DNA of 62,796 bases from an uncultured Geobacter sp. (GTDB lineage: Bacteria; Desulfobacterota; Desulfuromonadia; Geobacterales; Pseudopelobacteraceae): assembly GCA_964609805.1 (NCBI GenBank), contig CAZSTJ010000001.1, positions 1 to 62,796 of the forward strand, given 5' to 3'. Positions 18,037 to 25,924 of the stretch are shown here, in pieces. The notes below the pieces were generated by a model. It was given only the letters and a program-made list of their open reading frames with translations. It did not search any database and was not told the DNA's origin. The position numbers and the translations under genes are program-made. The stretch's first letter is position 1. Each line of letters opens with the position of its first letter.

Positions 18037-18306
18037 ATGGGCGTAATCACCGGCTTGACCCGTGACAAGAAGGAATGGATCCCGCAGTTCGTCAAAAGCA
18101 TCGACAAAGATATTTGTATTGGCTGCGGCCGCTGTTACAAGGTCTGTGTCATGGATGTCCTGGGGTATGAAGAGGTGGATGAGGACGATTCCGCCAAGGC
18201 CTACATGACCATCGCCAAGCCGGGTAACTGCATCGGCTGTCAGGCCTGCGGCCGCACCTGCCCGAAGAAATGTTTCAAGTTCGAATCGGCATCGCTTCCG
18301 GAGTAA
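18037..18306 (+). CDS. nif-specific ferredoxin III-type ferredoxin, copy 2 (tandem paralog)
   Basis: 'MGVITGLTRDKKEWIPQF', 'CIGCGRCYKVC', 'CIGCQACGRTCP'. ATG 18037 is preceded by GGAGGA; the ORF-track start is 18022. Confidence 0.8.
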   Translation: MGVITGLTRDKKEWIPQFVKSIDKDICIGCGRCYKVCVMDVLGYEEVDEDDSAKAYMTIAKPGNCIGCQACGRTCPKKCFKFESASLPE

Positions 18307-18372
18307 TAGCGATGTTCCAGAATCCCCGGGGTTTTCACGGCGCCGGGGGCTACCGTAAAAAGGAGGGCCACC

Positions 18373-18702
18373 ATGCTCATCGCAGTCGCTTCCAAGGATG
18401 GCAGGGAGATCAACCAGCATTTCGGCCATGCCGAGCGTTTCCTGATCTATGACGTTGCCGAGGGTGATGCCGTGTTGGTGGACGAGAAAAAGGTCGATCG
18501 CTATTGCAGTTTCGATCCCGAGCACCCCCTGCGGGGACACGTGCTGCAGGGTATCGCCGAGGCGCTGGATGGTTGCCGGGCGGTTGTCACCGCCCAGATG
18601 GGAGAGCATCCCCGGGGGGAGCTGGAAAAGCTGGGGGTCGAGCCATACGTGATTTCGGGGCCGATCAAACAAACTTTGCTGGAGTTGGCCAAGATATTGT
18701 AG
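18373..18702 (+). CDS. NifB/NifX/NafY-family dinitrogenase FeMo-cofactor binding protein
   Basis: 'MLIAVASKDGREINQHFGHAERFLIYD' Nitro_FeMo-Co domain. Strong SD AAGGAGG. Confidence 0.75.
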   Translation: MLIAVASKDGREINQHFGHAERFLIYDVAEGDAVLVDEKKVDRYCSFDPEHPLRGHVLQGIAEALDGCRAVVTAQMGEHPRGELEKLGVEPYVISGPIKQTLLELAKIL

Positions 18703-18736
18703 GTACTTAGTTTTGAAAATTTGTACGGTTCTTCTG

Positions 18737-18852
18737 CCAGCTCCCTTCTCCCTCAGGGAGAAGGGAGCTGGAAGCCGGATGAGGGGGAAACGTGCTGCAA
18801 AATCTAACACTGCCCCCTCACCCTACCCCTCTCCCTTATGGAGAGGGAGCGT
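18737..18852. repeat. Palindromic REP-like element (CCCTCTCCC..GGGAGAGGG family) between the nifX-like gene and draT
   Basis: CCAGCTCCCTTCTCCC-TCAG-GGAGAAGGGAGCTGG ... CCCCCTCACCCTACCCCTCTCCC-TTAT-GGAGAGGGAG. Same family as the insert at 41635-41733. Confidence 0.7.
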
Positions 18853-18878
18853 ATGTCACAACGAGGTGATGACCCACT

Positions 18879-19673
18879 ATGAGCAACGGTTCCTTTAACT
18901 ACTGCAACCTCCCTCCCTGGGTCATCGCCTCCCGCCATTTCAATGACAATCCCCAACCCCTGGAGATTCAGGGTGTCAAGGAAGCCAATCGCTTCCTGTT
19001 CGATAAACTGGCCGGCATTGCTGACCAGGAGGAACGGGCCCTGGTCTTCAACGACTTTATGTCGGTGAAGTTTCAGCTCCATCATTGGCAGGAACAGACG
19101 GTCACCGCCGGCAAGAGTATCAAGAACAGCTACCTCCGCTTCCTGCGCGGCTGGATGATGGATTCCAACTCCATCGAGGGGGCGGTGCTGAAGCGTTGGG
19201 TGGAGAGCCGCATGGGTATCACTCCCACCTATCACCGTGCCCGCATTTCCGGTATTCACAGCGAGGCCTACTTCGATTTCTCGGTGGATGTCATGAAGGG
19301 GAGCGCCCGTACCAACGCCATCCAGTCGCAGTTGGACCTGCTCTACGAATACTGCCAGTTTGAGCTCCATCGCAGGTTTCCCTTTGAGGCAACGATCCGG
19401 CTGTACCGGGGCACCTACGATGCCAGTGAGCATGACGTCATCGAGCAGACCGGCAAACGGGAACAGATAGTGCGGCTCAACAATCTGGTGTCGTTTACCT
19501 CGGACGAGGAGCGTGCCTGGGAATTCGGCTCCACGGTCTGGGAGACCGGGGTGCCGCTCTGCAAGATCTTCTTTTACAACGACCTTCTGCCGGGCAGCAT
19601 CATGAAAGGGGAAGGGGAATACCTGATCATCGGTGGGGAGTACCGGGTACGGCAGGTGATGTGCACGGTGTAG
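18879..19673 (+). CDS. draT: NAD+--dinitrogen-reductase ADP-D-ribosyltransferase
   Basis: 264 aa. 'PPWVIASRHFNDNPQPLEIQGV', 'SYLRFLRGWMMDSNSIEGAVLKRWVESR' and 'QLDLLYEY' match my recollection of the DRAT family. ART triad-like 'LYRG', 'SFTSD', 'GEGEYLIIGG'. Confidence 0.8.
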   Translation: MSNGSFNYCNLPPWVIASRHFNDNPQPLEIQGVKEANRFLFDKLAGIADQEERALVFNDFMSVKFQLHHWQEQTVTAGKSIKNSYLRFLRGWMMDSNSIEGAVLKRWVESRMGITPTYHRARISGIHSEAYFDFSVDVMKGSARTNAIQSQLDLLYEYCQFELHRRFPFEATIRLYRGTYDASEHDVIEQTGKREQIVRLNNLVSFTSDEERAWEFGSTVWETGVPLCKIFFYNDLLPGSIMKGEGEYLIIGGEYRVRQVMCTV

Positions 19674-19697
19674 TTTCACTAAGGGCTAAAAGCTGTT

Positions 19698-19823
19698 CTC
19701 ACGAAGGCACAAAGACACAAAGTGATCAAAATTCTCACAAGATATTGTATGCAGTTCATCAGTGTGTAATGGCACGGATGTATTTTCCTTTGTGAACTTG
19801 GTGAACTTGGTGAGCTTGGTGAG
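19698..19823. repeat. Inverted-repeat cassette of a second 9-mer family (YTCACNAAG units), empty
   Basis: The left arm is CTCACGAAGGCACAAAGACACAAAGTG. The right arm is CCTTTGTGAACTTGGTGAACTTGGTGAGCTTGGTGAG, whose reverse complement is CTCACCAAGCTCACCAAGTTCACCAAGTTCACAAAGG. The spacer is ~62 bp. Confidence 0.55.
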
Positions 19824-19928
19824 ATAAGCTTCTGGCTGGATTTATTCGCTTGAAGCGGTTTCAGGTTTCCCGTAACATTGTAATCTCACGGCATGTCCCG
19901 TGGGATTTTTTCATTTGGGAGAATTTCG

Positions 19929-21185
19929 ATGACCATCGCTGAACAGGTCGCCCGGATTGCCGCCGATGCCCGTCAGGCGTCGCTGGCCATGGCCCGGCTT
20001 TCCACGGCCGTAAAGAACGATATGCTGAACGCCATGGCTACGGCGCTGCAGGACCGGGCACCCCGGCTGATCGCCGAGAATGCCAGGGATCTGGCGGCAG
20101 GCCGCGAAAAGGGGCTTTCCGATGCCATGCTCGACCGCCTGATGCTGGATGAAAAGCGCATCGCCGGTGTGGCAGATGCCTTGCGAGAAGTGGCTGCCCT
20201 GCCGGATCCGGTAGGTGAAGTCACCAAGATGTGGAAACGCCCCAACGGGCTGATGGTGGGGAAGATGAGGATTCCCCTGGGGGTGATCGGCATCGTCTAT
20301 GAATCCCGCCCCAACGTGACCGCCGACGCGGCGGCTCTCTGTCTCAAGGCCGGCAACGCGGTTGTCCTGCGGGGCGGCTCAGAGGCGATTCACTCTAATC
20401 GTGCCATTGCCGATATTCTGCAAGGTGTGATGAAGGGGATGAATATCCCGGCGGCGGCCCTGTCGCTGATCCCGTTCACCGAGCGGGAAGGGGTGCTGGA
20501 GATGCTTAAGCAGGAGGAATCAATCGATCTGATCATTCCCCGCGGCGGCGAAAGCCTGATTCGCTTCGTGGTGGAGAACTCCCGTATTCCGGTCATCAAG
20601 CATTACAAAGGGGTCTGCCACGCCTTCGTGGACAAGACCGCCGATCTGGACAAGGCGGAGGCGATCATCGTCAACGCCAAGACCCAGCGGCCGGGGGTCT
20701 GCAACGCCCTGGAGACCCTGCTGATCCACCGGGATGTCGCCGCGACCTTCATCCCCCGCATTGCAGCGAGACTTGCCGAGCTCAAGGTGGAACTGCGCGG
20801 GGACGATGAGTTCCGCGCATTCGCGCCGGCTGCTGTGCCGGCCACGGAAGAGGATTGGGCGGCGGAGTATCTTGACCTGATCCTGGCCTGCCGGGTAGTG
20901 GATGATCTGGATGCCGCCATGGATCATATCAATCGCTATACGTCGCTGCACAGCGAGGTGATCATCACCTCGGATTACGGCAACGCCCAGCGCTTTATCC
21001 GCGAGGTCAATTCCAGCTGTGTGCTGGTCAATGCCTCGACCCGTTTCAACGACGGCGGACAGCTGGGGCTGGGTGCCGAGATCGGCATCTCTACCACCAA
21101 GCTCCACTCCTTCGGCCCCATGGGGCTGGAGGACCTGACCACCACCAAGTTCATCGTCTATGGTGACGGGCAGGTTCGGAGCTAG
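19929..21185 (+). CDS. proA: Glutamate-5-semialdehyde dehydrogenase (gamma-glutamyl phosphate reductase)
   Basis: 418 aa from MTIAEQV. 'VIGIVYESRPNVT', 'VLRGGSEA', 'CNALETLLIH'. Confidence 0.9.
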   Translation: MTIAEQVARIAADARQASLAMARLSTAVKNDMLNAMATALQDRAPRLIAENARDLAAGREKGLSDAMLDRLMLDEKRIAGVADALREVAALPDPVGEVTKMWKRPNGLMVGKMRIPLGVIGIVYESRPNVTADAAALCLKAGNAVVLRGGSEAIHSNRAIADILQGVMKGMNIPAAALSLIPFTEREGVLEMLKQEESIDLIIPRGGESLIRFVVENSRIPVIKHYKGVCHAFVDKTADLDKAEAIIVNAKTQRPGVCNALETLLIHRDVAATFIPRIAARLAELKVELRGDDEFRAFAPAAVPATEEDWAAEYLDLILACRVVDDLDAAMDHINRYTSLHSEVIITSDYGNAQRFIREVNSSCVLVNASTRFNDGGQLGLGAEIGISTTKLHSFGPMGLEDLTTTKFIVYGDGQVRS

Positions 21186-21245
21186 CCGGCTCAGCACAGA
21201 TTGGCAGAACATACCGCAACGGGACTTTCTCCGCGTAGCGTTACG

Positions 21246-21278
21246 AAAATGGCCTTTCCAGCGAAAGGCCATTTTTTT
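21246..21278 (+). terminator. Intrinsic terminator after proA
   Basis: ATGGCCTTTC-CAGC-GAAAGGCCAT followed by TTTTTT. Confidence 0.75.
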
Positions 21279-21549
21279 GTGCCCATTTCCGTAATAACTC
21301 AAAGCGATTGTTATGTCGGATGCTAGATATAAAAGCGATTTAAAACACAATTTAATAAATTGGTAAGACTAATATAAATCAGAATTAATTATTATAATTA
21401 ACAATAAATACGCATTGTTGCAAAATCTATACAAATAAAAAAATGTTTTGAAAAAACTATTTATTTGTGTTTTAGTGTGCGCCCACATAGCTGATGGACT
21501 CATGAAATATGAATTGAATTCAAGCAAATTATCCAAAGGACGGGAACTC

Positions 21550-22266
21550 ATGGGACAAACGGCACAAAATCTGGAGCAAGAGGGGTTCGTGGGGGCGGTC
21601 AGCGGCATGGCGCTGGCGGACATCATTCAGGTGAAGTCTAACAGCCGTTACTCAGGCTGCCTGGTGGTTGAACATCTTGGTCATAGCGGGATGATCTTTC
21701 TTCGGGAGGGGGAGGTGGTGCATGCTGAACAGGGTGACCTGGCCGGCGAAGAGGCGTTCTACGCCATCATGAGTTGGGCGGGCGGCTCCTTTCGCAGCGA
21801 GCCGAAGGTGGCGACGACCAGCAGAACCATCAACCAGCCACTGGGGTTTCTGTTGCTGGAAGCATTTCGCCTCATGGATGAGTCGAAGAACAAGTCGCAG
21901 GCGCCGCAACGGGAGCCTCACAAAACAGCCAAGGAGGGTGGGAGTGTGAGTGATATCAACGCGAAACTGAAAATCATTCCCGAGGTGGAGCATGCGCTGA
22001 TCATGACCAAGGAAGGCGCGGTCGTGGATGATACCAGCTATGAAGCGGAATTTCTCGGCGCAAACGGACTGTTCCTGGCCATGTTCGCCGGACAGATCGG
22101 TTCTCAATTTGGCGTCGGCGAGCCGAAATCGGTCGCGGTGCATGGTGAGGAGCGGCACCTGTTTCTATTTGATTCGAAACGCCACCATCTCTGTGTCTCC
22201 GCCAGCGGCGGTGCAAATGTCACGGCCCTCGACGGTGAAATTCGCCGCGTCCTGGCACAGAAATAA
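21550..22266 (+). CDS. DUF4388 (PATAN-like) domain plus Roadblock/LC7 domain protein
   Basis: 'GAVSGMALADIIQVKSNSRYSGCLVVE..GMIFLREGEVVHA..GEEAFYAIMSWAGGSF' is DUF4388-like. The C-terminal 'VEHALIMTKEGAVVD' region is Roadblock-like. ATG 21550 has an SD; the ORF-track TTG 21448 lies in AT-rich DNA. Confidence 0.5.
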   Translation: MGQTAQNLEQEGFVGAVSGMALADIIQVKSNSRYSGCLVVEHLGHSGMIFLREGEVVHAEQGDLAGEEAFYAIMSWAGGSFRSEPKVATTSRTINQPLGFLLLEAFRLMDESKNKSQAPQREPHKTAKEGGSVSDINAKLKIIPEVEHALIMTKEGAVVDDTSYEAEFLGANGLFLAMFAGQIGSQFGVGEPKSVAVHGEERHLFLFDSKRHHLCVSASGGANVTALDGEIRRVLAQK

Positions 22267-22275
22267 GGGGGGAAT

Positions 22276-23076
22276 ATGCACGCAATCATGATCGGCTTGA
22301 CCTCCGTGCCGGGGGTGATGGGGGGGATGGTTTCCGACGAGCGTGGCAATGTCGTGGCTCATTCGTTTCCGCCGCTCTTTGATCAGGGGATGCTGAAAAG
22401 CGCCGCCGACCTGCTCATGGACCACACGGTCGGTCTGCAGGAGGCAACCGGTGGCGTAAAATTCTACGATATGCGTTTCGAGTTGGGGCGGATCATCATC
22501 AAGAAGCTGCCGAAGATGTTTCTGGCTGTGCTCTGTCAGCCGACCGTCAATATACAGCTTCTCTTTATCTCGCTGAATGTAGCGATCAAGAAGCTGGAGA
22601 AGATATCGGTGGACAATCTGCTGGCCCAGACGGCACAGCAGGCGATCCCTCAGGTGCAGATGCCGGCCCAGGCGATGCCGGTGCCGCGCTCTATGACGGC
22701 TGCGCCGGCCTACTCCGATTGCCGTGCCGTTACCGATGCCAAGGGGGTGCTGCTGACCTGCGAGATCATCAAAAAGACCGCCGGCACCTTCTGGGATTCC
22801 ATGACCGACCATGCCAGTGTCAACCGGAATACCGCCCTGGAGATCAGCAATTTCTTCAATACCGGTCCGTTCAAGAGGTTGACACTGTCCAATTGCAGGA
22901 CCGGGGTAAGCAAGCATGTGCCGATTAATGTGATCCAGCATGACCGGGATCACTCCTACGACGGCAAGGTGCTGGTGTCTCTGGCTCTTGCCGAACAGCT
23001 CAATATCAAGGAAGGTGACCAGATCCGCTCAGAGGTCGTGGTCGGCGGCGGGATCCTGGGGTGGGAAGGAATTTGA
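22276..23076 (+). CDS. Roadblock/LC7 (MglB-like) domain protein with an uncharacterised C-terminal domain
   Basis: The N-terminal 'GVMGGMVSDERGNVVAHSF' is Roadblock-like. A Pro/Ala/Gln linker follows. The ~110-aa C-terminal domain ends in an AbrB/SpoVT-like 'LAEQLNIKEGDQIR'. Confidence 0.5.
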   Translation: MHAIMIGLTSVPGVMGGMVSDERGNVVAHSFPPLFDQGMLKSAADLLMDHTVGLQEATGGVKFYDMRFELGRIIIKKLPKMFLAVLCQPTVNIQLLFISLNVAIKKLEKISVDNLLAQTAQQAIPQVQMPAQAMPVPRSMTAAPAYSDCRAVTDAKGVLLTCEIIKKTAGTFWDSMTDHASVNRNTALEISNFFNTGPFKRLTLSNCRTGVSKHVPINVIQHDRDHSYDGKVLVSLALAEQLNIKEGDQIRSEVVVGGGILGWEGI

Positions 23077-23237
23077 CAGACAGAAGATTCTCAAGAGAAC
23101 TCTCTGTAGTAGAGTTCATGGCTCCGTAACACGTTATTTACTTGCCAGTTTCAGAGAAAACTGCCATAGTGCCACAACTTATGGACGGGCTTTGCGCCCG
23201 TCCATTTATTTTTGAGAGAATTTGAGGAGTTTTACCC

Positions 23238-25043
23238 ATGCAGGAGCGTATCAGGAACATCGCCATTATCGCCCACGTTGACCACGGCAAAACGACCCTG
23301 GTTGATGCCATGTTGAAGCACGCCGGTGTCTACCGTGATAACGAAGCCATCACCGAGCGCGTGATGGATAGCAACGACCTGGAAAAGGAGCGCGGCATTA
23401 CCATTCTGGCCAAAAACCTCTCGATTCATCACGGCCAGTACAAGATCAACATCGTCGATACCCCGGGCCATGCCGACTTTGGCGGCGAGGTTGAGCGCGT
23501 CCTGAAAATGGTCGACTCCGTTCTGCTGCTGGTGGACGCCCTGGACGGCCCCATGCCCCAGACCCGTTTCGTGCTGAAAAAATCCCTCGATCTCGGCCTC
23601 AAGCCGATCGTTGTCATTAATAAAGTTGACCGTCCCGGTTCGCGCCCCGATGAAGTACTCAACATGGTCTTCGACCTGTTCTGCGAACTGAATGCCACGG
23701 ATGACCAGCTGGATTTCCCGGTGGTCTACACCAGCGCCAAGATGGGCTATGCCATGCTGGACATGAACTCTAAGGCAACCACCATGGAGCCGCTCTTCGC
23801 CGTGGTCGAATCCAATGTCCGTCCGCCGAAGGGTGACAGCAAGGCTCCGTTCCAGATGCTGATCGCCAATATCGACTACAACGAGTATATCGGGCGTATC
23901 GCCACCGGCAGGATCTTCCACGGTCGCGTCAAGGCGGGCGAGACGATCGCCATGATCAAGCAGGATGGCACCATCAGCAAGGGCCGTGTTACCAAACTGC
24001 TCGGCTATGAAGGGCTCAAGCAGGTGGAGATCGAGGAGGCCGGCACCGGCGATATCGTCACCGTGGCCGGATTCGAGAATGTCAGCATCGGTGAGACCCT
24101 GGCCTGTGCCGAAAACCCGATTGCCGTTCCCTATGTCTCCATCGACGAACCGACCCTGGCCATGAACTTCATCGTCAACACCTCCCCCTTCGCCGGTCGC
24201 GAAGGTAAATGGGTCACCTCGCGCAACATCCGTGAACGTCTGACCAAGGAGCTGCGTACCAACGTATCACTCCGCGTGGAGGACACCGATTCCCCCGATA
24301 CCTTCAAGATCTCCGGGCGCGGCGAACTGCACCTGTCGATCCTGATCGAAAATATGCGCCGTGAGGGATTCGAGCTGGCGGTATCCAAGCCGGAGGTTAT
24401 CATTCGCGAGAAGGACGGCGTCAAGCAGGAACCGATGGAGTACCTGGTGGTGGATGTTGCCTCCGAATTCCAGGGTGCCATTATCGAGAAGATGGGGCCG
24501 CGCAAGGGTGAGATGGTGGCCATGGCCCCCATGGGTGAAATGGTCCGTCTGGAGTTCATCATCCCGGCCCGCGGTCTGATCGGTCTGCGCGGCGAGGTGC
24601 TGACCGATACCCGTGGTACGGCGGTCATGACCCATACCTTCCATGAGTACGCCCCCTACAAGGGCGAGATCCCGGGGCGCAAGAACGGCGTGTTGATGGC
24701 CATGGAACATGGTGAGACCACCGCCTACTCCCTGGATGCTCTGCAGCCACGTGGCACGCTGTTCATCGGCGCCGGCGTCGAGGTGTACGGCGGTATGATC
24801 ATCGGTATGCATGCCAAGGACAACGATCTGGACGTCAACCCCTGTAAGGGTAAGAAACTGACCAACGTGCGCGCCTCCGGTTCTGACGATGCCATCAAGC
24901 TGACCCCGCCGCGGAATCTGACCCTGGAGCAGGCGCTGGAGTTCATCGATGATGACGAACTGGTTGAAGTAACCCCGGTTTCGATCCGACTGCGCAAGAA
25001 GGAGCTGGACCCGACCAAGCGCAAGCGGGCGGCGAAGTCCTAA
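23238..25043 (+). CDS. typA: Translational GTPase TypA/BipA
   Basis: '[19 protein letters not shown]', '[14 protein letters not shown]', 'NKVDR'. 601 aa. Confidence 0.95.
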   Translation: MQERIRNIAIIAHVDHGKTTLVDAMLKHAGVYRDNEAITERVMDSNDLEKERGITILAKNLSIHHGQYKINIVDTPGHADFGGEVERVLKMVDSVLLLVDALDGPMPQTRFVLKKSLDLGLKPIVVINKVDRPGSRPDEVLNMVFDLFCELNATDDQLDFPVVYTSAKMGYAMLDMNSKATTMEPLFAVVESNVRPPKGDSKAPFQMLIANIDYNEYIGRIATGRIFHGRVKAGETIAMIKQDGTISKGRVTKLLGYEGLKQVEIEEAGTGDIVTVAGFENVSIGETLACAENPIAVPYVSIDEPTLAMNFIVNTSPFAGREGKWVTSRNIRERLTKELRTNVSLRVEDTDSPDTFKISGRGELHLSILIENMRREGFELAVSKPEVIIREKDGVKQEPMEYLVVDVASEFQGAIIEKMGPRKGEMVAMAPMGEMVRLEFIIPARGLIGLRGEVLTDTRGTAVMTHTFHEYAPYKGEIPGRKNGVLMAMEHGETTAYSLDALQPRGTLFIGAGVEVYGGMIIGMHAKDNDLDVNPCKGKKLTNVRASGSDDAIKLTPPRNLTLEQALEFIDDDELVEVTPVSIRLRKKELDPTKRKRAAKS

Positions 25044-25072
25044 GAAATCCGGTATCGGGTTATAGTAATTGG

Positions 25073-25108
25073 AAACGGCCGGGGCAGTCAGCCCCGGCCG
25101 TTTTTTGT
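25073..25108 (+). terminator. Intrinsic terminator after typA
   Basis: CGGCCGGGG-CAGTCAG-CCCCGGCCG followed by TTTTTTGTTT. Confidence 0.8.
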
Positions 25109-25140
25109 TTGCTGGATGGTTATTGGAGAACTGTTGGCTG

Positions 25141-25497
25141 TCAGAATGTCAGGCTGGCGGTGATGCTGATACCGTTAATGGCGGCAACCTGCTGTTCCCG
25201 CTGTATCGCGGACGGCTGTTCCGAAGGTTTGAAACGGTCAACAGGGGGTGAATAGGCCAGCACAAGGGACGTTCTGCCGTACTGGATCAGAAGATCGCCG
25301 TTCTGATTGAGCGAGACGAGGGCATTAAGCCGGGGAGTGCGAAACATCATGTCCGACGGAGGGGTGATATTGTCCGGGGTGCGGAAGAATTCCAGCTGCT
25401 CTTCACCGAATGCAGAGGCCGGGTGAAACAGCGCCGTGGTGAGCAGGAGAAGAGGGGCGGATTGCAGCAGGCATTTCACTAACCGGGTCAGCATCAT
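25141..25497 (-). CDS. Small secreted protein of unknown function (riboswitch-controlled)
   Basis: ATG 25497 is preceded by SD AAAGGGG. The signal peptide is MMLTRLVKCLLQSAPLLLLTTALFHPASA. C-terminal ..SLTF. The longer ORF-track start (25560) would include the terminator U-tract. Confidence 0.5.
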   Translation of the reverse strand: MMLTRLVKCLLQSAPLLLLTTALFHPASAFGEEQLEFFRTPDNITPPSDMMFRTPRLNALVSLNQNGDLLIQYGRTSLVLAYSPPVDRFKPSEQPSAIQREQQVAAINGISITASLTF

Positions 25498-25540
25498 ATC
25501 CCCCTTTCCGAGCGCCGCGCAGTGGTGCGCAACGATCGGC

Positions 25541-25650
25541 GAAAAAAAACGGGTCACCATATCGTTGAGATATTTCGGCGACCCGGCTGTCTCAGGGAGA
25601 CCCTTGGGCTTTCCGTCCCATCCTCGCGGATGGTTTAGTATTATCGTCTG
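25541..25650 (-). promoter_or_regulatory. GEMM-I class cyclic-dinucleotide riboswitch with intrinsic-terminator expression platform
   Basis: The minus-strand RNA is ..ACUAAACC-AUCC-GCGA-GGAU-GGGACGGAAAGCC..GAGACAGCCGGGUCGCCGAAAU. This matches the Vc2 core GCAAACC-hairpin(GNRA)-GGGACGCAAAGCC...GGGGUUACCGAU. Terminator GGGUCGCC/GGUGACCC plus U8 lies at 25541-25584. Confidence 0.55.
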
Positions 25651-25924
25651 TCTCTATGTTCCCGATTCATTGAGCATTTTTCGTGCCGAACGAACATAGA
25701 TGCCAAGGGACTGGAATTATTGCGTCCCTGAAGTGTGACGTCCTCTTCGGTAGTCTCGGAACGTTAATTGACGTGACCGAACCGGCCGGTTTTGCGAATT
25801 ACCCGTCATATGGCGTCACTGATGGGGGCAATTCGGGCTGCGCGCAAGGAATCAGATGATTTTTGCCGGGTTGGGTGCTATATTCCCGACGCAGTTGTTT
25901 TGAATTTATACGCGGAGACCACCT

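Noticed and set aside
18713-18898. 61-aa ORF (..LLPAPFSLREKGAGSRMRG..PSPYPSPLWRGS..), and the antisense ORF 41524-41877 (..[12 protein letters not shown]..)
   Set aside because: These are translations of the palindromic REP-like element. The peptide motifs are the signature of the repeat, not of a protein family.
23076-23238. Functional link between the Roadblock pair and the adjacent GTPase typA
   Set aside because: TypA/BipA is a ribosome-associated translational GTPase, not a Ras-like partner of MglB-type Roadblock proteins. A 160-bp gap suggests separate transcription.
25652-25720. TGGCAT-CTATG-TTCGT on the minus strand upstream of the GEMM-I element, considered as a sigma-54 promoter
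   Set aside because: The -12 element is TTCG rather than TTGC(A/T). A single mismatched hit is not sufficient, so the promoter of the riboswitch transcript remains unassigned.
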